A DNA stretch of 38,302 bases from a virus. Lineage: Duplodnaviria > Caudoviricetes. The notes under the pieces were generated by a model. It was not told the DNA's origin. It worked only from the letters and a program-made list of their open reading frames with translations, and did not search any database. The position numbers and the translations under genes are program-made. The DNA is taken from positions 1 through 38,302 of the IMG/VR virus record IMGVR_UViG_3300028586_000316; one strand, written 5' to 3'. This document shows, piece after piece, positions 9,230 to 17,879 of the stretch (its first letter is position 1; every line of letters starts with the position of its first letter).

Positions 9230-12200
9230 TGAGCAGTAAGGAACAAGTAGCGCTGCAGATGCTCGAGTACGGTCTGCCGCCGCTCCCAGCGGGGCATCCG
9301 CTCACGAACGGCAAGTTCCAGCGATTCGGCCCGCAGAAGAAGTGCTGGTACATTCTGCGCGAGCTGATCTTTAAGTCGGGTCGTACCGTTGTGACCGGGG
9401 CGTTCGGACGATTCCAGGGCGAAAACCGCAACACGGTACCGGTGAGGATCGACACCTCGAGCATGACCGACGAGGACCGGGCCGAGTACACCAAGAAGCA
9501 GCGTGCTGCCGAGAAGGCCGAGGAAGAGAAGCGCGAGCAGGCCGCGCGCCTGGCAGCGGGCCGCGCCCACGACCAGTGGCGCAAGGCCGACGGCATCTCG
9601 GTCGTGCATCCGTACCTCGCCCGCAAGCAGGTGCCGGCCGAAGGCCTGCGCGTCGGACTCGACGGACGGCTTCTTATTCCCCTGGTGCGCGGTGGCCAGC
9701 TGCTCGGCCTGCAGAAGATCGACGCTGCCGGTGAAAAGATGCTCAACAAGGGCATGGACGCGATCGGCGTCGCGCACGTGCTCGGCAACTTGGCCGGCGC
9801 CCCGATCATCGCGGTCGGTGAGGGCTACGCGACCTGTGCCAGCGCCCGCCTGTCCCTCGCCCCCGGCTACGATCTCCCCGTCGTCGTCGCCCTCAACGCC
9901 GGCAACCTGATACACGTCGCCAAGGCGCTGCGCCAGCGCTATCCGAACGCGCACCTGCTGCTGCTGGCCGACGACGACTACCTGCTGGTCGAGCGTTACG
10001 TCGAGTGCCTGCTGGAGGAGTTCAAGGTTTCCGTCCAGGTGCCGATCGACGGCGCAACACATCGCGTCACCGCTGATGACGGTGAGCAGGTCGAGGTGAT
10101 GGCGCGGTGGCGTGCCGATGCCCAGGGGATTCGGTACATCGAGGCCGACGTTCGCAAGGGCCGCGTCGTTCGCACGCCCACGTTCACGAATGCCGGCGTC
10201 GCCAGCTGCCATGCAGCGGCTGCAGCCGTTGGCAATGCCTCGGTCGCCACGCCGCTGTTCACGATCGAAAGGGCAGGGCGCAAGATTACGGATTGGAACG
10301 ACCTCCACATCGAAGAAGGGCTGGACAAGGTCGCGGCGCAACTGGGTGCTTCCCTCCTCGCTGCGCAGCAGCGCAATACAGATTCTCCCGTCGAGCCCAC
10401 GCAAGCGGCCGAGGGTGACGGCGACGCCGACCTACTGTACAACCAGGCAGTGGCAGTAGTGTTGCAGCATCGCCGCGCCTCGATCTCCCTGGTGCAGCGT
10501 CACCTGCGTGTCGGGTACAACCGCGCCGCTCGCCTGCTTGAGCAGATGGAGCAGGCTGGAGTCGTGTCTGCGATGTTATCGAACGGCGACCGTGAGCTCC
10601 TGGCGCCGGCGACAGCCGGTGCCTCCCTTTCCCTCGCTGCGCAGCAGCGCAATACCGAGTCCACCGCCTCCAATCTCGCGCAAGCGGCCGAGGCAGTTCA
10701 GCAGCCTGCGAACGTCCTCCCCTTCGCTGCGAAGCAGCGCAATATCGATTCTCCCCCTTCCCCCCACGCGGAAGCGGCCGACGTGCAGTCGCCTGCGCCT
10801 CCCGCTCCCCCCGCTGCGAAGCAGCCGCGCGCAAGCGCGAATGCGGAGGTGCCGCCGAATTTTGACGAGAGATTTGGTGAGAATGCGCCGCAAGGACTGA
10901 GCCCTGCCGGCGGCGCTTCGCGCGCGGGGGCGGGGGACGGTGGCGATGAGGACGACCAGGGCGAGAAGAAGGAGAAGGAAAAGCCCAAAAAGGTGTACGG
11001 GCGCGATCACTGGGACAAGGTCGACGACGTGCTGGAGAACTTCATCCTGGTGTACGGCGAGGACATGGTCTGGGACTGCCGGCATCGCATGCTGATGCGC
11101 CTTGCCGCCATGCGCACGATCGTGGCCAACAGTGACGTTATGAAGTTCTGGAGCGGCGACGCCCGCAAGTGGGTGCTCAAGAAAAACATCGTGTTCGACC
11201 CGAAGGAGACGCCGTCGCCGGCCGAGAGCGGCCCTACCGCCACGGTCAACCTGTTCAACGGCTGGCCAATGAGGCCCAAGAAGGGCAACTGCCTCCTGAT
11301 CCGGACGCTGCTCGCGCATCTGTGCAACGGCGACGAGGAGCTAGAGACGTGGATCATGCGTTGGCTGGCGTACCCGCTGCGGAACCCGGGCGCCAAGATG
11401 CCGACCTCGATCATCATGCACGGCGACGAGGGATCGGGCAAAAATTTCTTCTTCGAGCGCGTGGTGAAGCCGATCTACGGCGACTACGGCTACGTGATCG
11501 GCAACGACCAGCTGGAGTCGAAGTTCAACGACTGGGCCAGCATGAAGCTGTTCATGGTGGCGGACGAGGTGGTGACCAGGGCAGAACTGAAGCAGATGAA
11601 GGGCAAGCTCAAGGGCCTGATCAGCGGCGAGACTGTCATCGTCAATCCGAAGGGCATGCCCGAACACGTCGAGAAGAACCAGATGAATTTCGTGTTCCTC
11701 TCCAACGAGCTGCAGCCGCTGGCCCTTGACAAGACCGATCGCCGCTACCTGGTCGTCTGGACGCCGCCGGCGCTCGGTCGCGAGTTCTATGAAAGCGTCG
11801 GCGCCGAGATCGCGCAGGGCGGTATCGAGGCGTTCTACCACTTCCTGATGTACGAGCTGGACATGGGTGATTTCAACGCCCACACGAAGCCGATCTACAA
11901 CGACGCCAAGGACAGCCTGATCGAAAAGAGCCTGGCGCCGGCCGAACGGTTTTATCGCGAGTGGTCGCGCGGCTTCCTGCCGCTGCCGTTCATCACCGTC
12001 AGCGTCAATCAGCTGTACGACGCCTTCAAGGTGTGGTGTGCCCGATCGGGCGAGCCGATGTACACGTCCATGACGGCCTTCAGCCCGATGGTCGCGCGCT
12101 ACGCCGGCGACGCCATGCGCAAGCACCTCATCAAGTACGACCTGGGCAGCAAGGTGAAGCAGCGCATGGTGTTCCTCGTCGGCGACCAGCCGCCGGGCAA

Positions 12201-12300
12201 GTCCCTGGCCGAATGGGCCGAAGGATCGAGCGCCCTCTTCGAGTCAGAGCTGCGGGCTTATCGTAGCCGATACGGAGCCAATGTGGATGGTGAGCATTAA
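9229..12300 (+). CDS. Primase-helicase: TOPRIM + inserted FtsK-gamma domain + SF3 (DUF5906-like) helicase
   Basis: [28 protein letters not shown] and LLLADDD (TOPRIM); [30 protein letters not shown] (FtsK gamma); HGDEGSGKN Walker A, MVADE Walker B, FLSNE, DRRYLV. Confidence 0.9.
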   Translation: MSSKEQVALQMLEYGLPPLPAGHPLTNGKFQRFGPQKKCWYILRELIFKSGRTVVTGAFGRFQGENRNTVPVRIDTSSMTDEDRAEYTKKQRAAEKAEEEKREQAARLAAGRAHDQWRKADGISVVHPYLARKQVPAEGLRVGLDGRLLIPLVRGGQLLGLQKIDAAGEKMLNKGMDAIGVAHVLGNLAGAPIIAVGEGYATCASARLSLAPGYDLPVVVALNAGNLIHVAKALRQRYPNAHLLLLADDDYLLVERYVECLLEEFKVSVQVPIDGATHRVTADDGEQVEVMARWRADAQGIRYIEADVRKGRVVRTPTFTNAGVASCHAAAAAVGNASVATPLFTIERAGRKITDWNDLHIEEGLDKVAAQLGASLLAAQQRNTDSPVEPTQAAEGDGDADLLYNQAVAVVLQHRRASISLVQRHLRVGYNRAARLLEQMEQAGVVSAMLSNGDRELLAPATAGASLSLAAQQRNTESTASNLAQAAEAVQQPANVLPFAAKQRNIDSPPSPHAEAADVQSPAPPAPPAAKQPRASANAEVPPNFDERFGENAPQGLSPAGGASRAGAGDGGDEDDQGEKKEKEKPKKVYGRDHWDKVDDVLENFILVYGEDMVWDCRHRMLMRLAAMRTIVANSDVMKFWSGDARKWVLKKNIVFDPKETPSPAESGPTATVNLFNGWPMRPKKGNCLLIRTLLAHLCNGDEELETWIMRWLAYPLRNPGAKMPTSIIMHGDEGSGKNFFFERVVKPIYGDYGYVIGNDQLESKFNDWASMKLFMVADEVVTRAELKQMKGKLKGLISGETVIVNPKGMPEHVEKNQMNFVFLSNELQPLALDKTDRRYLVVWTPPALGREFYESVGAEIAQGGIEAFYHFLMYELDMGDFNAHTKPIYNDAKDSLIEKSLAPAERFYREWSRGFLPLPFITVSVNQLYDAFKVWCARSGEPMYTSMTAFSPMVARYAGDAMRKHLIKYDLGSKVKQRMVFLVGDQPPGKSLAEWAEGSSALFESELRAYRSRYGANVDGEH
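10356..10825. repeat. Four CGCTGC-GNA-GCAGC(G) hairpin repeats within the primase linker
   Basis: Exact 24-bp CCTCGCTGCGCAGCAGCGCAATAC at 10356-10379 and 10632-10655; variants at 10724-10744 and 10812-10825. Confidence 0.8.
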
Positions 12301-12347
12301 CACGGCGGCAAAGCCTTCATATGCAGGAAGCCCGTAGATAAAGGGTT

Positions 12348-12551
12348 TGTGAACGATGTGAATGGTGTGAACGGTGTTCCCTCATGTGCGTGCGCGCGTG
12401 AAAAGCCGGGCAAAACTGACGGAAGAATAGAAACGATTAGGCCATTCTTTGCCGATTAACTATTCATACCCTTCACACCATTAACAAAGGTAAAAAAAAC
12501 AAAGAGATAGGGATGTTAAGGGTAGGTGAATTATGTGAATGGTATGTGAAC
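12348..12551. repeat. Origin-like arrays of (T/G)GTGAA(C/T) repeats
   Basis: Plus copies at 12348, 12357, 12366; inverted TTCATA/TTCACA/TTAACA at 12463, 12472, 12481; A-rich spacer; plus copies at 12525, 12534, 12545. Confidence 0.65.
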
Positions 12552-12577
12552 AGGCAATTTTCGATGGGAGACGGTAG

Positions 12578-12829
12578 ATGGCGAAAGGTGGGATGAGGGA
12601 AAAGATGCCGACGGTCGCTGCGTGGATCGACAAGCTACGCGACGCCTTCGGTGCCGAAGAGATCGGCGCGCAGATCAGGAAGGGCATGCGCGGCGAGCCG
12701 GTGTTTTTCGCAAGCGAGAACGGGTTCACAGTCGGCACCCCGAGCCCGCCGCGAGTCAGGGTGCAGTGGGACGATCGAGGTCTGCCTTACGTCATTGAGC
12801 CGGGCCAGCAGCAAAGCACGAAGGGGTGA
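12578..12829 (+). CDS. Small phage hypothetical protein
   Basis: GGGAG SD; MREKMPTVAAWIDKLRDAFG...GEPVFFASENGFTVGTP. Confidence 0.7.
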   Translation: MAKGGMREKMPTVAAWIDKLRDAFGAEEIGAQIRKGMRGEPVFFASENGFTVGTPSPPRVRVQWDDRGLPYVIEPGQQQSTKG

Positions 12830-12876
12830 GCGCCGTAGAGCGCTCGGAAAACTGAAAGGGTGAAAGGGGTTTAACG

Positions 12877-13842
12877 ATGGGAGCAGGGTTGGAAATGGAA
12901 GCGATTTTTGGAAGCACAGGCCAAGCTGTGCACGTGGCCTTTGTGGTGATGAGCCAGCCGGCAATGCAGGACGCGCCGATGCGCAAGGCGCTGATCCGGG
13001 TGCTGGAGTCGATCAGGATCGACAACAAGCAGCGCGCCTGGCTCGACCAGTTGCGCGGGCAGCCTTCCGAATCTGTCAACTTCGGTGGCCTGAGCGGCGA
13101 CGAAGTGCGAGCCCAGTGCGCGATGATCACGCAGGCCGTCAAACACCTGCCAAAGCCGGAGATGTGGACGCTGCAGGCGAAGTACGGCCACGTCGAGTTC
13201 GAGGATATCGCGCCAGCGGATCTCACGGGAGGCCAGCTGGCTGACGCCTTCGACCGCGCGACAAAGCAGGTCGAGGCGGCGACGGAAAAGATGCGCCAGG
13301 CACGAGTTGCGCTCGATGCGTCGCGGGAGCAATACTTGGCCAGCCAGGGCGGCATTACCAGGGCAGACGTCGAGACGACGATCCGCAATCAGTACGAGGC
13401 TGCGCGTGATGACGTGCGCGATGCTGGGGGCGAGTTGGCTCGGGCCGAGGCAGCGGCGCGAACCGTGCAGATCGCGATCGACCGGGCCAAGGGCGGCGTG
13501 ACCGACAGTGGTCGCCCAGCAGGTGGCCAAGCGCGCCGTTTCGCGTTTTCGGCCGAACGCATCGAGGCCATCAAGGGTCTATCTGACTGGCTTCGGCCTC
13601 AGTTCCCACGAATCAAGCCCCTCGCCTTGGACTGCATGCTGGGCCGGCTGTTCGCCAACCATGCGAAGGTCGGTGTCACGTTCCGCGACCTGGCCAATTC
13701 GTTTGGCGGCAACCCGATGCTCTACCAGCGCGCGTCCTTCAAGATGAGCAATAAGCTGCGCGAGCTCGAGGACATGGCGATCCAGCGTCTGGAACAACGG
13801 CTCGTCAATGATGGTGTTGCGTTACCGACAGAAATTGATTGA
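12877..13842 (+). CDS. Putative late-gene regulator (Q position), C-terminal HTH
   Basis: Last early gene before a pR'-like promoter/terminator; TFRDLANSFGGNPMLYQRA HTH-like C-terminus; central coiled coil. Start may be 12877 or 12895. Confidence 0.55.
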   Translation: MGAGLEMEAIFGSTGQAVHVAFVVMSQPAMQDAPMRKALIRVLESIRIDNKQRAWLDQLRGQPSESVNFGGLSGDEVRAQCAMITQAVKHLPKPEMWTLQAKYGHVEFEDIAPADLTGGQLADAFDRATKQVEAATEKMRQARVALDASREQYLASQGGITRADVETTIRNQYEAARDDVRDAGGELARAEAAARTVQIAIDRAKGGVTDSGRPAGGQARRFAFSAERIEAIKGLSDWLRPQFPRIKPLALDCMLGRLFANHAKVGVTFRDLANSFGGNPMLYQRASFKMSNKLRELEDMAIQRLEQRLVNDGVALPTEID

Positions 13843-13868
13843 CGGCATTGTTACAGAGCATGTATATT
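13839..13868 (+). promoter_or_regulatory. pR'-like late promoter
   Basis: TTGACG-18-TATATT overlapping the stop of the upstream gene. Confidence 0.6.
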
Positions 13869-13912
13869 TTCGTCATTCTCGAAGCAATTACGTCTTGAGT
13901 TCGAATTCAAGC

Positions 13913-13953
13913 AAAAGCCCTGTCCGGTGAACTCCCGACAGGGCTTTTTCTTT
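13913..13953 (+). terminator. tR'-like intrinsic terminator
   Basis: AAAAGCCCTGTC...GACAGGGCTTTT followed by TCTTT. Confidence 0.8.
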
Positions 13954-14085
13954 CCAGCGTCTCCTCGGTGCCATCCCGGCGCCTTTGCCGGTCCCGCGCC
14001 GGCGCTTTTATTCTCAACGACGAAAGGTGGTGATCCTGTCTCGATCCGCTGAAGAGCGGGGGATACAACGATCGTTCATTCGTTT

Positions 14086-14110
14086 GCCTGGTTCGCCAGG
14101 CCTTTTTATT
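14086..14110 (+). terminator. Intrinsic terminator
   Basis: GCCTGG-TTCG-CCAGGC followed by CTTTTTATT. Confidence 0.7.
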
Positions 14111-14241
14111 CGCAGGAGCGCACGAGCATCTTTAGGTAGCCTGCGCTTGGCTTACAAGGCTGGGCCGGACGGACCGTGCGAAGCAGTTGTGGATAGTGCA
14201 TGCGTCTACACAGGCGCAGCGGCTTGATCGAAAGGCGTGTC

Positions 14242-14472
14242 ATGGCAGACGAACTCGATGTTTATAGCCACCATGTGATCCGTGTCGTGCTGGGTACGCA
14301 TCCAGCGATGCTGGCCAAGGTGGCAGACCCCGTCGGGCTCGAATGCCTGTGCAGACGTCTGTCTGAAGCCGAGAGAGCACTCGATCTGCTGTGCAAGAAC
14401 GGTTACAGCGGACAGCCCCTGTCCGACCTGGTGCGTACGCTCCTCCAACGTGGAAAGGATAGCTCGACATGA
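14242..14472 (+). CDS. Hypothetical protein (76 aa)
   Basis: AAAGG SD before the ATG at 14242; ATGA overlap with the next ORF. Confidence 0.5.
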   Translation: MADELDVYSHHVIRVVLGTHPAMLAKVADPVGLECLCRRLSEAERALDLLCKNGYSGQPLSDLVRTLLQRGKDSST

Positions 14473-14654
14473 CTTTGTTCGTCTGCATTGTTGTCTGCCT
14501 GGTAGTTTTGGCTGTCTTCGGCGCCTGCTGCGAGATCCAGCGTGTCCATAACGCGATCCATGGCCGGAATCGCAATTCGGAGAATAGGAGCGATATCGAT
14601 CCGCATCCTGGTTCCCATATGTTCATGTCGTATGACATCTGGTCCTCGCACTAG
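14469..14654 (+). CDS. Small membrane protein (61 aa)
   Basis: N-terminal hydrophobic helix LFVCIVVCLVVLAVFGAC; AAGGA SD. Confidence 0.4.
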   Translation: MTLFVCIVVCLVVLAVFGACCEIQRVHNAIHGRNRNSENRSDIDPHPGSHMFMSYDIWSSH

Positions 14655-14707
14655 AGAGCCGTTTCCTCATTCCCGTGTTTCTTGCCCTGCTCCTCCAGCA
14701 GAGTTTC

Positions 14708-14731
14708 GCCCGCTTCGTGCGGGTTTTTTTT
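14708..14731 (+). terminator. Intrinsic terminator
   Basis: GCCCGC-TTCGT-GCGGGT followed by a T run. Confidence 0.7.
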
Positions 14732-14743
14732 CGAAGGTGACCC

Positions 14744-15214
14744 ATGGCCTCTGGCGCAATCATCGTCCCCAATAAGGCAAAGCTGAACATCTTCAACGCT
14801 ACCAACCTGCTGGGCGCTAATCCTGCGAACTTCAAGCTGGCCCTGGTCACCTCGGCGTGGGTGCCGGACAACAGCGACACTGGCAACGAGGTCTTCGCGG
14901 ACTTCTCAACCAATCTGCTGCCGACCGGTGGTGGTTACGTGACCGGAGGCATTGCGCTGACGAACGTCGTTCTGTCGATGAATGGCGGCGTGGTCAAGTT
15001 CACCTGCGATCCCGCCCAGTGGACTGCCAGCGGCAGCGGCATCCCGGCCTGGCGCCGCGGCGTCATCTACTATGCTGGCACCCTGAACGGCAAGGTGAAC
15101 CCGATCGTCGGCCACTTCTTAGGCGACTCGACGCCGGCGGATGTTCCGGCCACGACCGCACCGAATACCCTTACCGTGACCCCGAACGCGGCCGGCCTGT
15201 TGACGGCGGCTTAA
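14744..15214 (+). CDS. Putative virion fibre/accessory structural protein
   Basis: FKLALVTSAWVPD...GGGYVTGGIALTN...VKFTCDPAQWTASG...GVIYY pattern seen in small phage fibre proteins. Confidence 0.55.
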   Translation: MASGAIIVPNKAKLNIFNATNLLGANPANFKLALVTSAWVPDNSDTGNEVFADFSTNLLPTGGGYVTGGIALTNVVLSMNGGVVKFTCDPAQWTASGSGIPAWRRGVIYYAGTLNGKVNPIVGHFLGDSTPADVPATTAPNTLTVTPNAAGLLTAA

Positions 15215-15227
15215 GCAAAGGACCAGT

Positions 15228-16610
15228 ATGCGCAACACCCAGCCCCAGGGCACGGCGCACATTGACACGTCCAACCCGATTGCCGCCGGCTTAGTCTTCG
15301 CCATGCAAGGCGGCACCGGTCTTACCGAAGTCGTCCTCGGCGGCCAGACGACGAGCCAGGGCTCGAACTTCGCAGTTGTTGCAGCCCCGACCGATAAAGC
15401 GTTCGACCTACGCAACCTGAGTGCGGCCGGCACGATCAACGTGCCCGGGGCGACCAACGGCACGAACAGTCTAGCCAGCGATCAGTCGGTCGTGTTCGAC
15501 ATGGTACTGAGCGGTGCGCCAGTAGGTTCGGTCCCCGCTATCGGCGGTATCTGGCGCTCCACCGCGCAGAACGACGCATTGCTGGTCCTTGAGCGAAGCA
15601 GTGCCGATGGCCTTCAAGTCGGCGCGCGAAGTCAGGGCTCCCTGGTAAATCGCACCTTCGCGGCCAGCGTCTCATCCCTCTATGGAACCCGGATCACAGT
15701 CGGCGCCACTATCGCGCGCGGTGCCGCTGGCCGCACGATCTCTCTTGTCATCGCCGCAGCTGGCACTGTTTTGTTTTCGAGCAGCCAGACTTATGGCCTT
15801 ACCGGGAGCGCTGATGCGACGATGTCCGGCACAGAGTATCTGTCGGTCGGCTCGGAGCCTGTCGAGAATTCATCGCGAAACGCGAATTGCCTGATCTTCG
15901 CGCAGTACCATTTTGCGCGCGTCGTTACCGCCGATGAAGTAGCTAGCCTATCGCAGTCTCCATGGCAGCTGTTTGCAGACGACGCGACTGCCGGCGCAAT
16001 AGTGAGGCCAAGTGCCGGGACAATGAGCCTGTCGGGGTATGCCCCGACAGTGCAGCGTAGTGCGGTCCAGAGTGCAGCGCCTGGCGCGGCCAGCATCAGC
16101 ATCACCGGCTACGCGCCCCAGATTGCTCAGTCGGAGGTCCGCAGCGCGTCACCAGGTATTGCCGAGCTGTTGATTAGCGGTTACGCGCCTCAGATCGCGC
16201 AGTCGACAGTTCGAAGCGCGGGACCAGACGCTGGCGTGCTGTCGATCTCCGGCTTTGCCCCATCTGTTGTGCAGTCGCTGTCCGGATCTGATTCGAACGT
16301 GACCTCGGGCGCGGCGACGTTGTCCCTGACCGGCTTTGCGCCGGCAATCGCGCAGACTCGGAACGTCTTAGTGACACCGATTGCTAGTGCGATGGCCTTG
16401 GCTGGCTATGCGCCAACCGTCGTGCGAAGTGCGGTCCAGACGGCGAATCCTGATACAGCCAGTTTGAAGATCGCCGGATACGCGCCCAGCATCACCCAGA
16501 CATCGATCCCGGTGTCTTCCATGTCTTTGCTGCCGAACGAAAGCCGAACTTACCGGGGCATGCCTCGGGTGCGTGCCTACGTCGCACAAGAGCGAGTGAG
16601 GGAACTATGA
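15228..16610 (+). CDS. Fibre-like protein: LamG/ConA-like N-domain plus seven approx. 24-aa repeats
   Basis: IDTSNPIAAGLVFA...FARVVTADEVASLSQSPWQLF, then seven repeats of hxhxG(Y/F)APxh. Confidence 0.6.
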   Translation: MRNTQPQGTAHIDTSNPIAAGLVFAMQGGTGLTEVVLGGQTTSQGSNFAVVAAPTDKAFDLRNLSAAGTINVPGATNGTNSLASDQSVVFDMVLSGAPVGSVPAIGGIWRSTAQNDALLVLERSSADGLQVGARSQGSLVNRTFAASVSSLYGTRITVGATIARGAAGRTISLVIAAAGTVLFSSSQTYGLTGSADATMSGTEYLSVGSEPVENSSRNANCLIFAQYHFARVVTADEVASLSQSPWQLFADDATAGAIVRPSAGTMSLSGYAPTVQRSAVQSAAPGAASISITGYAPQIAQSEVRSASPGIAELLISGYAPQIAQSTVRSAGPDAGVLSISGFAPSVVQSLSGSDSNVTSGAATLSLTGFAPAIAQTRNVLVTPIASAMALAGYAPTVVRSAVQTANPDTASLKIAGYAPSITQTSIPVSSMSLLPNESRTYRGMPRVRAYVAQERVREL

Positions 16611-16912
16611 ATTTCAGCCCGAAGCGGTCGGCCGAGCGTGATGTGTTCACGGTAGATTACGCGCCGATACTTCAGCCTGGCGAGACAATCTCGTCTGCCA
16701 AATGGTCGAATGTGGCGGTGCGTCGCACGGACCCCGATCCAGACGCAATGATTGAAGGCGACTGCACCATTACCGGTGCGAAGGTCAGCCAGGTGATCGT
16801 GTCGGGTGTGCCGGGCGTGACCTACGCGCCTTTCTGCACCGCGCAGACGAACCTCGGGCGGCAGTTGATCCTGCCTGATCCCGGGTTCGGACTACTCTTC
16901 GTTCCAGCTTGA
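16607..16912 (+). CDS. Putative fibre adaptor protein
   Basis: FSPKRSAERDVFTVDYAPILQPGETISSAKWS...SGVPGVTYAPFCTAQTNLGR; translationally coupled to the previous gene. Confidence 0.55.
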   Translation: MNFSPKRSAERDVFTVDYAPILQPGETISSAKWSNVAVRRTDPDPDAMIEGDCTITGAKVSQVIVSGVPGVTYAPFCTAQTNLGRQLILPDPGFGLLFVPA

Positions 16913-16913
16913 C

Positions 16914-17669
16914 ATGGCAAACGTACACGTTCAGGGCTTGCCCGAGCTGCTCCGGAATATGAGCGACGTGCAGCGCAAGCACGTTCCCTTCGCCGTCGCA
17001 ATGGCCCTGACGAAGACAGCGCAGAAGGCGCAAGCTGGCGTGCTGGACGTGATGCGTCAGCGGTTCGACCGCGCAACCCCATACGCCCTGAACAGCCTGC
17101 GCATCTTGCCCGCAAAGAAGTCCGATGCACAGCCATTCGCACGAGTCTACTTCAAGGACGATGCTTTCAAGGGCACGCCGGCCAGCAAGTTCCTGACCCC
17201 GGAAGTCTACGGCGGTGCCCGCGGTGCGAAGCGCTTCGAGCGCGCACTGATCGGTAAGGGCCTGATGCGCGGCGGGCAGTTCGCCGTCCCCGCATCCGGT
17301 GCTCAGCTCGATGCGTATGGCAACGTAAGGCGCGCGCAGATTGTCCAGATCCTCTCGGCCCTGCGCGCATTCGGCGAACAGGGCTACATGGCCAACCGCA
17401 CCAGCAGCAAGCGCAGCCAGCGCAAGGGCGCCGCAGCGCAGTACTTCGTCGCGGCGATGGATGGGGTTGAAGGCATCTGGCAGCGCAAGCAGTTCGGCCA
17501 CGGGGAGGGCATCCGTCCGGTGTTCGTGTTCACCGGAGGCGCGCCGCACTATCGCGTGCGTGTCCCCTTCGACAAGATCGTCGAGAACGTCGCGCGCGCC
17601 CGGTTCGTCGGCGAGTTCAAGTCCGCGATGGACTACGCGCTGCAGAGGGCAGCTGCCCCGCGCGGGTAG
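16914..17669 (+). CDS. Putative tail-completion/neck protein (HK97 gp10 / lambda gpZ-like)
   Basis: VHVQGLPELLRNM...VPFAVAMALTKTAQ; basic; upstream of the terminase genes. Confidence 0.55.
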   Translation: MANVHVQGLPELLRNMSDVQRKHVPFAVAMALTKTAQKAQAGVLDVMRQRFDRATPYALNSLRILPAKKSDAQPFARVYFKDDAFKGTPASKFLTPEVYGGARGAKRFERALIGKGLMRGGQFAVPASGAQLDAYGNVRRAQIVQILSALRAFGEQGYMANRTSSKRSQRKGAAAQYFVAAMDGVEGIWQRKQFGHGEGIRPVFVFTGGAPHYRVRVPFDKIVENVARARFVGEFKSAMDYALQRAAAPRG

Positions 17670-17755
17670 GCGGGCGGCCGGCCCGCCCACCCGGCCAGGG
17701 TCGGATCGGCGCCGCCAGGCGCCGTCACCAGCCGCGGCCTCCTCTCAGTTTTCCA

Positions 17756-17878
17756 GGGTCCTTCCTGGGGGTACCGGTTCACGGGTAATTCGAGCCGCGA
17801 CATTCGTACTGTCACAGATTTTTAAAGGGGTAGTCAGCGGGTAGTCAGTAGTCAGGTAGTCAGTTCAGGAGTAGTCAA
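17756..17878 (+). other. Lambda-like cos site (cosQ, cosN, cosB-like repeats)
   Basis: GGGTCCT (lambda cosQ sequence) at 17756; ACG-GGTAATTCGAGC-CGCG mirrors lambda ACG-GGGCGGCGACCT-CGCG; five GTAGTCA repeats at 17830-17877 before terS. Confidence 0.7.
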
Positions 17879-17879
17879 C

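Noticed and set aside
10271-10762. KOPS-like octamers GGGCAGGG (10271, +) and CCCTTCCC (10755, -) flanking the FtsK-gamma segment
   Set aside because: Such octamers also occur elsewhere (17502, 29260) and are expected by chance in GC-rich DNA; no enrichment shown
14469-14654. 61-aa transmembrane ORF as a holin
   Set aside because: No adjacent endolysin or spanin genes and no holin-like charged C-terminus; left as unknown
10356-17878. Repeat sets (primase linker, origin arrays, GTAGTCA) considered as CRISPR arrays
   Set aside because: Repeats are too short or irregularly spaced, with no unique equal-length spacers and no cas genes
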